This document shows positions 28,106-40,988 of a DNA stretch of 64,000 nt, piece by piece. The notes beneath the pieces are model-generated. The model was not told where the DNA came from and ran no database searches. It saw only the letters and a program-made list of their open reading frames with translations. Origin of the DNA: Eledone cirrhosa (Eukaryota); the NCBI GenBank assembly GCA_964016885.1, contig OZ024742.1, forward strand, positions 291,400,001 to 291,464,000. Reading direction: 5' to 3'. Within the stretch, counting starts at the first letter, position 1. Every line of letters starts with the position of its first letter. A program made the position numbers and the translations under genes.

Positions 28106-29735
28106 TCTTATTCATTCGAATATCTCATATTTCAACACTAGTTATTATATTAGTTGTTTTACATTTCACTGTCAGTTATTATGCAAACATTTTCTGTTTT
28201 TCATGATACATGTTTTAACCTGTCTGACATATTTCTAACATACACATCTACATCATAGTCAAACTATTTCATGCTTTAGTAAGTTTTATCATATTTCAGA
28301 GACATCTAGCAGGGAAAATGGATGTTAAATGATGATGGTGATCATCATCGTGGTAAAGGAAACAAAATATAAGTTAATGTTAGAATATTCAACACTTTCA
28401 TTAACATATTGCAAATGAAAGATACTGTCTATGTATTTCATATCTTTTTGGAAATATAAAAAAATTTAGAGAGATTTAGTAACATAACTAATGTTCTCAT
28501 ATTTAAGCTGGTGTACAACAAAGGTTCTTATATAAGATTATGATGGAATGTTTTTATATAAATTCAATCACTTTCAGGAATGGTTTCAGGTGTTTGATAT
28601 GAAAAATGTTGAAGAATGTTTGCAGATGGTTTGGTATTTAAAATATTAAGGTAGGTATGGGTATTAAAGAGTTAACTAGACATAAACATGTGGAGTTGTT
28701 TGCCTGGTTGAATAGGAAGTGAACCTTTCTCTCTCTTTCTCTCTTCCTCAACTGTGGTCAGATCAGGAAAGGGATGGGTTATGCCAGCTTTAAAATTTAC
28801 TGGCATTAAGAAAGGCATCCAGCCCTAGAAATCTAGCCAAATATGAAATGTAAGAGCAAGACAGGCTTCTCTGGCCAGTCTAATATTAGACCATTACAGC
28901 AGAACCAACCCACACAAAATAAATGTTTAATGATGATGATAATGGTGATTCCATGTTATGCCATCCTGACAGCTCTATCAGGTGAATATACACAGCCTTT
29001 AAAAATGTCCATGCACATATTAAAACTTTCCATCATAATTTTATGTAAGAAATTTCTGTTAAGTAATATTTCAAACATAAGTTCACTAATGAATTTTTTT
29101 TTTTTATATTTTCAAAATTAAATGAAACATCAGCAGTATTTTTCATTAAAAATATAGTAATGAAAGGGGTAATAAAATGACTATATAATAATTCTTATGA
29201 AATTTGAAATGTAGCCAATCACTTGTAGCGCTCTCTAGACAAGGGAAGTAGCTAGAGTTACTTCCCGTTGACTTTCTAGAACATTCCTTAAAACTTTCGT
29301 TCCAGGGATTATAAAAAAGCGTTCTTCCTCTTTGGCGGCTAACTCTTAAACTGGTCACATCGAGCACAAGCATGTTAAGCTTTTTCCAACCACATGATTA
29401 TACCTTGTCATGCCACGAGGTACGTTTTGTTACCACATTTGTAATACACGGACTACAATAAATGCAAGTTATTTTGATACTCGTTTTGAGAAACTCTTCA
29501 TGCCTGAGTTATTCCTCGAATGTAGAGAGATAATTCTCACAAAAAAGAAATTGTATGAAAGTTCTTCTATATCTTCTTTCTATTAAAATTAGTAGTGTTG
29601 GGATCCGGTGGTACTTACTGGAGTAAGTAACCCTGGGACCAACACCCTAAAACTATATATAATATAAAAAAAAAAAAAAAAAAAAAAAAATCAATTAAAG
29701 TACTCCAATGGGCGAAAAAAAAGTGTTATATTTAC

Positions 29736-29857
29736 CTTGGATTAAGGTTTTTCAATGCAGAGTCTAAAATTTCTGTAGTTTTATCACTTCCTTGTGGAAG
29801 ACTATCTGCAGCACCAAGGTCTTGAGGTAAAGGTTCTGCATCATCTTCCTCAGAGTG
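29736..29857 (-). CDS. Cds: CDP-diacylglycerol synthase (phosphatidate cytidylyltransferase), internal coding exon, 122 nt, phase 0 to 2
   Basis: Minus strand: acceptor tattttcag|CAC and donor CCAAG|gtaaat. Only one frame is open: HSEEDDAEPLPQDLGAADSLPQGSDKTTEILDSALKNLNPR, matching my recollection of the N-terminal LPQGxDKTxEILDSALK segment of invertebrate Cds. Splices in frame to the exon at 24126-24222. Confidence 0.93.
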
Positions 29858-29892
29858 CTGAAAATATACATACATAATAAATAACAATAATA

Positions 29893-30573
29893 CATGCTCC
29901 GCTGGATGTGTAATAGTAATATACGTGAACGACAAAGCATAAACGAACTAAGGAAAAAATTAGAAATAAGAGGGATCAGATGTTGTTTACTAGAGAGAAG
30001 GCTACGTTGGTATGGTCACGTGATGCGCATGAAGGATGATAGCTGTATAACAAAGTGCAGGGCAATAAAGATAGACGGTAGCCACGGAATAGGCAGACCC
30101 AGAAAAACCTGGGACGAGCTGATAAACACCGACCTCACACACTTACACCTCACCAAGACAATGTCACTGGACCGAGACCTTTGGCGGTACTCAGTAATAG
30201 AGAAGACCCGCCTTGCCAGTAGGCATCTCTAACAAAATACACCCCGTCCCACCACCACCACCCCGTTCTATGTAAAGTTATGTTGGTGCCGCGCCATCCA
30301 GGCCGAAACAAATGAGATCGTGTAGGTGTCACGACAAAAAAACACACAGTCCACGCTGTAATGTGGCCGTGTAGGCAACACGGTAAAAACCTCCCAGACC
30401 CACACTGTAAATGTGGTTGGTGTTAGGAAGGGCATCCAACTGTAGAAAACCTGCCAGACAGTCCTATGCGAGCAAGAAAATCACTCTTGCCTCAAGTGGG
30501 AAAACCCCCGTCCAAACCCATGCAAGCGTGGAACACGGACGTTAAACGTTGATGATGATGATGATGATGATGA
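29893..30573 (+). mobile_element. RTE LINE 3' fragment inserted about 35 nt from the Cds splice acceptor
   Basis: ORF 29894-30232 nearly identical to 4605-4930; same 3' UTR; (GAT)n tail. Confidence 0.93.
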
Positions 30574-30690
30574 CAGCCAAGGTGTTAGGGAGAATCATAA
30601 TATTTTATTTGCTTTATCTAGGTTTCACCAAATGTAGAAAATAACAATAGATAAGGATGATTAAAATTGATATGTATATATATATATAAT

Positions 30691-31296
30691 TGACTATATG
30701 AGAGGGATGAACACTGATATAAATACATGTGTTCCAATTGCAAATGACCAAGTTAGCTAAGTTGAAAAAATACTAAATTAAAACAATATGTTTTGCCTGT
30801 CTCGATTTAAAGTAATAAATCAATAAAAATAACAAACCTATATCGGGCAACAGCCTTTGATACCCGGACAGATCTAAATCTGTTTCGCAAGAATTTTTAA
30901 GTGAAAGCCACCATTCCTGTGCTCTTCTGCGGGTATCCAGGAAATTTGTACCTTTCACTTCAAAGGATCTAAGAAGACTGAATGATATGCTGATATAAAA
31001 GCACATGTTGCAGCACCTAGCGTGTCTCCTACTCATGCCACTAAAAATAGCAGCTGGGTTTATGAGACTAAAGTTATCTCTACATAAGGAGCCGAGAATA
31101 TCATAGATTTAGATCCGTCCAGGTATCAAAGGCTGTTGCCCAATATAGGTTTGTTATTTTTATTGATTTATTACTTTAAATCGAGACAGGCAAACCATAT
31201 TGTTTTAAATTAGTATTTTTTTCAACCTAGCTAACTTGGTCATTTGCAATTGGAACACATGTATTTATATCAGTGTTCATCCCTCTCATATATTCA
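30691..31296. repeat. Long inverted repeat (arms about 190 bp, spacer about 220 bp)
   Basis: 30691-30881 is the reverse complement of 31105-31296 with few mismatches; looser complementarity continues outside (about 30630-30688 vs 31377-31430). Confidence 0.95.
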
Positions 31297-31544
31297 TTTG
31301 TATTACACGGCTCGGAAAGATTTCCTTCTTTGAGCTATTTAATTGTAAAAGACTATTTTGAGTTTCTAACTCAATCTATATGTATATACATATGAATTTT
31401 AATCATCTCTATCTATTATTTTCTACATTCTAGGGATAGTGGATTAGTGAAGTTAAAGTATTGGGTGAAGTGCTTTGCATTATCTGATCCAGTTTTGTGC
31501 ATTCTGAGTTTAAATCTCGCCTCCTTCTGCCAGGTGTGGCTATA

Positions 31545-31815
31545 TTAGTCTAAGTCAGAAGGCTCATTAGGCTGGTGCTCATCCTAGTTTCATGGTGTGA
31601 AGCGACAGAGTACAAATTCCCTCCTGGACAGGACGTCAGTCCATCACAGGGTTAAACCCCCAGCTATTACTGGTACTCGTTTTCAGCTGAGTATACTGGA
31701 GCAACATGAAATGAAGTGTTTTGCTCAAGAACACAACATGCAACCCAGCCCAGGAATTGAACCCATGGCATTATGATTGTAAGTCCAACACCCTTACCAC
31801 AGGACACACCACCAC
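31545..31815 (-). mobile_element. tRNA-derived SINE (second family)
   Basis: Minus strand GGTTCAATTCCTGG B-box then TGTGTTCTTGAGCAAAACACTTCATTTCA core. Related copies at about 5615, 21670, 23770, 38295, 50155 and 61325-61630. Confidence 0.8.
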
Positions 31816-32175
31816 AGGCTATATAAGTAGCAAAATAAAATGCAAGAAGATTGCAGAGCTTAGTCTCAAACTTCCTTGTTACAGAAATAAACATTGAATT
31901 AATAGCAAAATGTTAAAATTTCAATGATAATAACAATTTATCATTATAATCACATCAGTAATCTTATTATACTTGCTTACATTAAAATTAGAATGTCACC
32001 CACCACCAACTAACATTTCATTCAAAAGATGGGACTGAGAAGATCTTGGAACTTTACAAGTACTAAACAAAATAAGAAGGATTAATAAATAAATATAAAA
32101 AAAGAAAGGATTTTCAATCAACGAAAAAGTTTTCTGAACAATACCCAAATTTTATACTTTTAAAAAAAAGAATCC

Positions 32176-32177
<2 letters not shown>

Positions 32178-32242
<65 letters not shown>
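32178..32242. repeat. (GA)n microsatellite
   Basis: Direct inspection. Confidence 0.98.
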
Positions 32243-32244
<2 letters not shown>

Positions 32245-33162
32245 CTAGCAAGTCTTAGATTAGAGAATTATGATGGAGCAAACTAGATATAAAAAAAGAC
32301 ATTTTAATATTGAAATATGTATATTTTGAAGGTATAAAAGACTGGGAATATTAAAAAAAGGAGAGAGTGTGTGTGTGTGAAAGAGATGATGTTATGTGAT
32401 AATGAAACCATTTGTAATTGTGGTGGTGAAGGAGGAGAGAACAGTAGACACACACAAGGAAGAGAGAAAGAGAGAAACAAGTGTTGATAGGCCATACTAT
32501 AGTGACAAAATAATTTGTAACTGTGGTGGTGAGGGGATATAGATAGGTAGATAAGATACATATATAATCATCAACATCATCATCACCACAACTATTTTCC
32601 ATGTTGCATGGGTTAAGCCCGTTGTCATGAGTGAGCTAAGCATGTCAGGTGACAGCTCATATGTTCCTTTTTTGGCATGGTTTCCATGATAGGATGCCTG
32701 CATTGTGGACACTTTATCATGGCACCAGGGCTACCACTTTACAGAGTGGCCTGGGTGGATTTACTGTGGCATCAACACTGACACTTTACAGTGTGGGGCT
32801 GAGTGCATTTTATTGGGGTATTAACACTATCACTTTTGAGATTTAGGTGCTTGGAAAGACTGGGAAGGCAATGATAGGGGCAGAATGGGAGGCAAGAGCA
32901 AGGGGCTACAGGCTACTTGCTGAGGGAAGGGGAGAGGAAAAGTAGCCTAAAGAGTGACATCTGGTGGTACATTGAGAGTTGCACTTGTCTTTTCATGCTG
33001 GCATTGTTGGATTAAAAACAATCACAGAGGAATAGAATACTACGCAGTGGAGGGGTTAGATAAGGAGGTAGGGAGAAGGAAGGAAGCATATTTGGAAAGG
33101 AGATGAGGACCTAAATAATGTTACACATCTTCTCTTTGACCATGTGTGTGTGTGCATCGATA

Positions 33163-33379
<217 letters not shown>

Positions 33380-34139
33380 GTTGATATGTCACATTACAGT
33401 GATTATAAAACGATTTGTAAATGTGGTGGTGGTGAAGGAGAGATGGAGAGGAGATTTTCCAACTGATTGGCAATAATCTGTATTGATTAGCATGTTAACA
33501 GATATGGATTATATCCATTTTACACATCACTAAACCACCACCATCCATGGTACCGCTCAATCCCTCTCCCCCACCATAAGCAACCTTCTTCCATGTTAAC
33601 AGATAAGGATCATATCCACTTTACATAATATCACTACACCACCACCACAACCATTAACAACCTGTTCCATCCTAACAAAATCTATTATCAGTGATTTATC
33701 CACTACAACACCTTCTCTTCCACCACACCACCATCAGCACCGCCACCACATCATCACCACTACCATCACAGCAATTGTAACATATCATTCCAACATGTTT
33801 TTCTCTTCCAAGGTTTATCATTATGTGGTGCAAATGGTCCTAAAAAAAATGTATGTCTTTTCAACTTAATGCTAATCCTTTGTGGAATAAATTTCTAAGC
33901 AGAGGATAAGATAGGATTTATTTGAGGCTTGTAGAATTTCAGTTCTTGTGAAGAGATGAAAGCAAAAGAGATTCTTTCACTCTGTTACTGGTTTTGGTCA
34001 ATATTATTTTTTCAAGCTTCATACTTATTGTATCAATCACTTTTTTGTTGAACCACGAAATTATGGGACACAGATACAAACACAAATGTAAACAAACACA
34101 GATGCACACACACACACACATTATATACACACATATGTG

Positions 34140-34149
34140 CATAGATTTT

Positions 34150-34195
<46 letters not shown>

Positions 34196-34611
34196 TATAC
34201 ATACATACATACATACATATACACACAAGCCAGATTGATTTCTTACTTTTAAGATGAGATAAATGGACTGTAATAAATATAATAAATACTAAGGCTTTCC
34301 TTGGGGAAGAATGCACTGCCCAATACAAGTTAGTTATTAGTGACATCAAAATAAACACAAGACAGAACAAGATATGCATAGAAAGGTCTTTTAGCTTCAA
34401 AACCCTCTGTCTCCATGTTTTCATGCATATCTTGTTCTCTCTTGTGTTTATTTTGCTGTCACTAATAACTTGTGTTGGGCAGTGCATTCTTCCCCAAGGA
34501 AAGCCTTAGTATTTATTACATTTATCTCATCTTACAAGTAAGAAATCAATCTGGCTTGTGTGTTATATGTGTGTATGTGTGTGTGTGTATATATATATAT
34601 GAAAATCTATG
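34140..34611. repeat. Inverted duplication of a microsatellite plus old RTE fragment
   Basis: 34140-34379 vs 34423-34611 are reverse complements apart from small indels; 43-nt loop. Confidence 0.93.
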
Positions 34612-34802
34612 TATCTAGGCCCTATGGGATGCATTTGATGAGAGGAGTGACAAGCTAGGTACATATAACATACAGGACAACTGGAATTTATAGCATGGCA
34701 ATCTTTTGCAAACTACTGATGGGACTTGTGGCTGGAGCAAAGCACCCCAGCCAATCAGAGAGTGGTCTGGTGGTGGAAGAGCACAGTGAATAGAGAAATT
34801 AA

Positions 34803-35023
34803 CCCTTTAGCATTTAAACCGGCCATATCCGGCCAGAATTCTCTCACCTCTTTCTGTTCAAAATGGCTGTATCTGGCTGCTCAAACTGATGTTAAGGTAA
34901 GGTACTCAAAATAAATAACATCAAAATCTCATAGATTTGGTATGATGAGAGATAAGTATGTAAGGTAAAGCTTTTACCGTGAAAATATAATAGTAAATAT
35001 AGAGTAATGTAAATGCTAAAGGG
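34803..35023. mobile_element. piggyBac-type MITE inserted into an old RTE fragment
   Basis: TTAA on both sides; perfect TIR CCCTTTAGCATTTA / TAAATGCTAAAGGG; RTE-like sequence (..RVVWWWKSTV / AKRQAW..) on either side. Confidence 0.85.
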
Positions 35024-35695
35024 TTAATTTAGTCTCTCCATGCCAAAAGACAGGCATGGGGAGACTGGAAAATTGGGGTAGCAGAGACCAGTACAAGGTA
35101 TATATATATAGTTTTAATATATATATATATATATATATATAGTTTTGGGGGGATTAAGGTGGGGAAATAAGGAGTAAATTTTCAAGCAGGGACCTCAATG
35201 TTGTACCACCTCTCTACTACTTCAGGTTTAAGGAGGGGGAAGTAGAAAGGGGTATAATTGGGAACATACTGGTAGGCAGGGACCAACTTCTCCATGCTAC
35301 TGGCATGGGAAGGTGAGCTTTTTGCAGTACAATAAACTTAATCCTAGGTCATCTCCTTTATATAGTTTAGCTGAATGAGTTCAACCTTCACTGGATTATC
35401 TCGTTTTCCGAGGTCTTCCCATTCCACAGATTCTATCAACTTTGAGTGCTCTGCATCCAATCCTTCTTATGCCCATTTTTCTTTCAACTGGCTGTTGCAC
35501 TGTCATTCATATACACCTACTATTTCACTTCACTTTGTGCATGCTTGCCTCATGTCTTTCCAATTTTCATAAGCCCTCCATATATAAAGCCCAAGTATCA
35601 CACAATTTGTTTCTCACTCTGAAGGAGAAGCACTTTGTAGCCAGCAGTTATAATAGCCCGTGAACTTTTACTAAACAGTTCTTACTATATATATA

Positions 35696-37000
35696 CAGGG
35701 TGTGGACGATATTTGTTCACAATTTTCAACTGCTAATTTTATGCAAATTTTTTTTACTTCCATTGTCACTCTTGTCTTCATAAAAACAGTGACTATATTT
35801 CCATTACTTATTTTCAGAATAATTGATTATGAATAATTTTGAACCTCCAAATTTGTGGAAGAGACACGGAGTTCTTCTTGGAATCCGCGCCGGGAGGACA
35901 AATAAGGAAATTTCAGACTTTCTCAGCGTCAGCAGGAGAATGGTGGAAAAGGTCAGAAAGGAATTGGAAGATTCAGGATTCGACTACGAAGCAACATCAG
36001 AGAGGAAAACACATGATCGACGATCTGACGCCTTCAGAACGCCCGAATTCGTCGCTGAAGTTCAGGATATCATCAACAATGAACCTAGCAAGTCGATGCG
36101 TGCCATTGCAAGGGAGAAAGGCGTGGATGAAAAGCTCATTAGGCTGGTGGTACATGAAGACATTCGCTACGTTTCATACAAGATGAGGAAAGGACAATTT
36201 CTGTCAAAGGCGATGCAAGAAAAGCAACTGAAGCACGCAAAGAAGCTGATCAACAAGTTGAAACACCCACTGGAGCCAGACATGCTGTTGTTTTTCTCCG
36301 ACGAGAAAAACTTCTGCCAAAACCAGAAGATCAACTCCCAGAACAACAGGTGGCTCACTGTCTCATCCAAAGACGTGCCCAGAGTCATGCAGACAAAGTT
36401 TCCAGTGACAACATTGGTCTTAGGTATCGTCAGCAGTCAAGGTGACGTCATACCACCTCACTTCTTCCCTGAGGGCCTCAAGCTGAACACTGATGGCTAC
36501 ATCTGCGTTCTGAGCGAGGTAGTAAAGCCCTGGATCGACCAGGTAGCTGCAGGTAGGCCGTACGTGTGGCAGCAAGACTCAGCGCCCTGCCATACCCCTT
36601 GAAAGACCTAAGCCTGGCTGTCAGAGAACTTCGTTGACCACACTTCACCTGACATCTGGCCTCCCAGCTTGCGTGACTGCAACCCCCTCGACTTCTTTGT
36701 GTGGGGCGCAGTGGAACGAGACACCAACAGATTTAGCTGCAATACGAAAGACGATCTGAAGGCCAGGATCACAAGTGCTTTTAAGGGCCTAAGTTGGGGG
36801 ACAGTGACGAAGGCCTGCAGCTGGTTCCGAGGCCGCCTTAAGGCCGTCATCAAAGCGAATGGCAGGTTTATCGAGTGAGATCGAAAGAACAAGTCCTGAA
36901 GACACACTGACACAAGTTTGATAAATATATCTTAAAAAATAAAACTACTGTGTTTTTTTCCTAGACAGTAATCTTGCGAACAAATATCGTCCGCACCCTG
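35696..37000 (+). mobile_element. Full-length Tc1/mariner transposon, DD37D (maT) type
   Basis: TIRs CAGGGTGTGGACGATATTTGTTCAC / GCGAACAAATATCGTCCGCACCCTG, TA-flanked; encloses a transposase frame. Confidence 0.95.
35829..36878 (+). pseudogene. DD37D transposase, 349 codons with two in-frame nonsense codons
   Basis: HTH-like N-terminus, FSDEK, QQDSAPCH, NPLDFFVWG; 37 residues between the second and third Asp. The TGA and TAA near 36600-36611 correspond to CGA and CAA in the second copy. Confidence 0.92.
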
Positions 37001-39049
37001 TATATATATATTGGGAGATAGATATATTACTAAATTCCTCCAAATTCTTGATTATTTTCAAAATTATATAAAAATCATAGGCAATGCCTTTCACTAGAAA
37101 TATGGTAATGAAAGGGTTAGTACTAGTATATATATGTATAGGTATATATATTATATGAAAAATGTAGGCGTGGATGGTTGCAGCTCATAAATGGTTATTT
37201 GGCTATTTCAATCCTTTCTAATGATATATACTGCCAATGTGTTTAAATTATTTTGAAATCTGGAGGAATTCAGTAAAATAACTAACTTTCTCATTTTGGG
37301 ATTTGGAACATTACTTAAGTTTCTTACATGAAATTATGATGGAAGTTTTAAATATAAGTATGAGCACTAAAAATGGCAGTTTTGCATCATAGAACCAGGA
37401 GGGGAGGTTCTGTTGTATTGGTATCAAATGAGTTAATGATAAAGCACCCAGTCTTATCATGAAAGGCAGCATGAAATGAAATATCTTGCTCAAGAACAAA
37501 ATGTGGTGTGTAAATATATTTTGTTTGAGTGAAATTTAGTATTAAGGCATTAGTAACTGGAACACAGTGAACTATCTGTCATAGAAGACATTAGATAGTG
37601 TTTAGCAGATCTATCTATAAATCATTACTGCAATCAATAAAACTAAACTGATTTGTTTCACCTCAGTTGACATCTAAATTATAAACAAGAGAATTCAGTC
37701 TGCCTGCCCTTCTAAATGATGACCCTATTAGATTAGGATTACAATCTATAGGGAAACTAGTATATATTTAACCTCAAACAACAAACTCCTCATTTGTCAT
37801 TTTAACATAGAACAATGAAATACATAGCTATCATCTTCTCAAAACTGGGCCAGTCAAACACTCTTTAGTTAATGTTGGAATCATAAACCTATTGAGAAGA
37901 GGTGAAATAAAAGATAACCTTTGTTATCGAAATAATAACTACAAATCAATGATGAAGCTTCTATATATCACTTTTGCTGCTAAAGAATGCAAGATACATT
38001 GGATAATGTAGTCCTAGATGCACTTTGCTTGAAACATTGATGCAGGCATAACTGAGTAGTTCAGAGTTCAACCTCACTGTGAGGCAACTTGGGCATATAT
38101 TTTTACAAGAGACTCAGGTCAATCCAAGCCTTGTGAGTGAAATTGGTTAGACAGAGACCGTGGAAGCCCAATGAAAGGACTGTACCTGTAATTCAAAGGT
38201 ACAGCCTAGTTACATTGTTATAGCAACCAAAAAAATTGAAGGAAATAGAAGAATATGAAATATCTAACAATTAATATTGTCATAATTATAACCACGTGAT
38301 GGCTTACTGGTTAGACTGTAAGGTTGTGAGTCCAATTCCTAACAGTGCATTGTGTTCTTAAGCAAGACACTTTATTTCATGCTTTTTCAGTCCACACAGC
38401 TGGCAACAATGAGTTGTATGTATAATTCAAAGAGCCATCTTTGTCACACTAAATCTCTCTGAAAACTATGTTATGGGTACATGTGTCAGTGGAATGCTCA
38501 GCCACTTTCACTGTAACAGAAGATGGACATTAATTTCATGAGGAGGCTGTTCCATTGTTCAAACAACTGGAACATTCATTCTTAGAACCAACAGAGGTCT
38601 AGTACACACACATATCAAGATTATCATTTTACATCCACTTTCCAAGCTGGTATGGGTTGGAGCAGCTTTATCTTGCTCATATATTTCAGATTTGGTACAG
38701 TTTCTATGGATGGATGCCCTTTCAATGGCCAAACACCTTACAGTGTGCTGGGTGCGCTTATCATGGTTCCTACACCTTTATAGAGTGGACCAAGTGTATT
38801 TCATCATGGCACCAACACTAGGAGAGTTGTTTGTCAAGACTGAAGAGTCATCTCAAACCCTATATTGTCTGTTTGATTGCCAAACACACAATTATTGTAA
38901 AATAGATCACATAATGAAGGTGGTGGTGGTGGTGCAGAGAGAAGACTTGTTATGTAAGTAAAGTTTATGTAATGTGAAATGAAGTTTATGTAGATATTGG
39001 AAAGTCTTTGGAGAATACATGCCAAAGAAACAATAAAATTACAAGAACT

Positions 39050-39560
39050 GAATTGCAGTTGTTTAGTCTGGGTATAAAAGGTGTCAGATGTCATTTGCAG
39101 GAGTGAAAGTTGTGCTGCTATGAACATGTAATGTGTATAGATAATGACAGTCAAGTAAAGATATACCAGGAGTTCTAAGAGGAGGGACACATGGTTAGAG
39201 ATAGACCAAGGAAAACATGGGCAGATGCAGTGAGAGCAGATTCAGGATGGTGAACCTTACAAAGAAGACACAGGAAAGAGACAATTTGAGGGAAATTGTA
39301 GTAGAGGAAGACTGGGGAGATTTCAAGAGATGTGGTGAGTGTGGATTTCAGGATGGTGAACCTCACAAAGAAGTTGACACAAGAAAGAGGCAACTGAAGG
39401 GAAACTGTGGTTAGAAGAAGACTGCAGAGATTTGAGCAAATGCAGTGATGGTGAACCTCATAAAGGAAATAACAAAGGAAAGAAACAAGTGGAGGGATGC
39501 TGAACTGGAGAGGATTCACCTAACCTATGCAAGCATTGAGAAACAGACATAAAAATCATA
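39050..39560 (+). mobile_element. Old RTE LINE 3' fragment with internally triplicated end
   Basis: GACCAAGGAAAACATGGGCAGATG; the block GATGGTGAACCT..AAAGAAG occurs three times. Confidence 0.65.
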
Positions 39561-40710
39561 ATTACACTAGATGAAATAGTACCATCAATCAAAATTAAAG
39601 ATTGTAATAAATTAAGTTAAATTATTTGATTTATTGATCTAAAATCAATAAATCTTTCAGCCAATGAATTGATGGCCGTTTCATCAAATAATGGACACAC
39701 AGACAGATAAAATGCGGTAGAGGCAATCAAATATATAAGAAGCAAATAAATGTTTCCCTAATCTCATTATATTTGAAGGAGAAATAACAAAAAAAAAAAA
39801 AAAAAAAAACCCACAAAGCAATTTAAAATCTGACGGCACCCTAAAATTCTGGTTCTTTGGAAAGAAAATAACTAAAGGTTGTTAAATAAATGAATAAATA
39901 AATAAATACAAACTGCTTTGAGAAATTACATGTGGAATAGCAGGGATTCATTGATACAGAAAATTAACATGGAATTGGCATTAATAAAATTAGGTAATTA
40001 ATAATGCTGACACAGTTTGTAGTGTATTACATAATCACTGCATTTTCCTTTGTTCACAGCTGAATAAAATCAACAACATGTTTATGGATGGAATCCATAA
40101 TTTCATTGCCATATTTCTAATGAAATCCATTGATTAGGATTTTAAAATCATTTTGGAAATAATCAAGAATTTGGAGGATTTAGTAATATAAATAACTTTC
40201 TTATTATTAAGCTGATGTTTAGAACATAGCATAACGAAGGTTTTAACATGAAATAAAAATGGAAGGTTTTTAGATAAATATAAACACTTTAACACTTCTG
40301 AAATTACCCCTGGTTCTATGATGCAAAACTGTTTCTTTTCGAGTGTTTATATTTATCTAAAAATATTTTATCATTTTATGTAAGAACCTTTAAGTTATGT
40401 TCCAAAAACCAGTTTATTTTCAAAACTCTTTGAAAATCATTGGTAGTATTTTCATTAAAAATATGTTAATGAAGGGGTTAAAATAAACATAAACCTTGAA
40501 TCATAAAAGCAGAGCTAGTTTCAGGCAATTTAGTATTGTCAGAGCTAAAAGCAGAAAAGACCAAGAATCTAGTCAATTGACCAATAATCATAATCTCAGA
40601 CAGCTATAGTTTTTTTTATCTTGAAGAAGTATAATTGAAACTATGTGGTTCTACAGAAACATGGCAGAGAAAACTATTCTTTTATTCTTTTACTGTTTTC
40701 AGTCATTAGA

Positions 40711-40988
40711 CCAAATCCAGCAACACAGGCTGGAGGATGAGCACCGGATGACTACCTCACTAATATCTATCACGACAGCGACCCATGTCCAGGAGAATCC
40801 AGTGCAGTGCACTGAAGAAGACATGGGTGAAACAAATCAAGCAGGACCTGAAATCGCAGCATCTTGAACTTGACGATGCTAAGGTCAGCACCATGGATAG
40901 AAAAACATGGAAGAAGATCCTCATCAGAGTCCATCATCCAGTGACAGCATATTGGTTGAGAGGACAGCCTCCCCCAATTGAAGAAGAC
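40711..40988 (+). mobile_element. Short LINE 3' fragment inserted into a minus-strand SINE tail
   Basis: KKTWVKQIKQDL..MDRKTWKKI and a (GAA)n end; splits the SINE tail TTTTACTGTTTTCAGTCATTAGAC|TGCAGCCATGCTGGGGC with AGAC on both sides. Confidence 0.7.
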
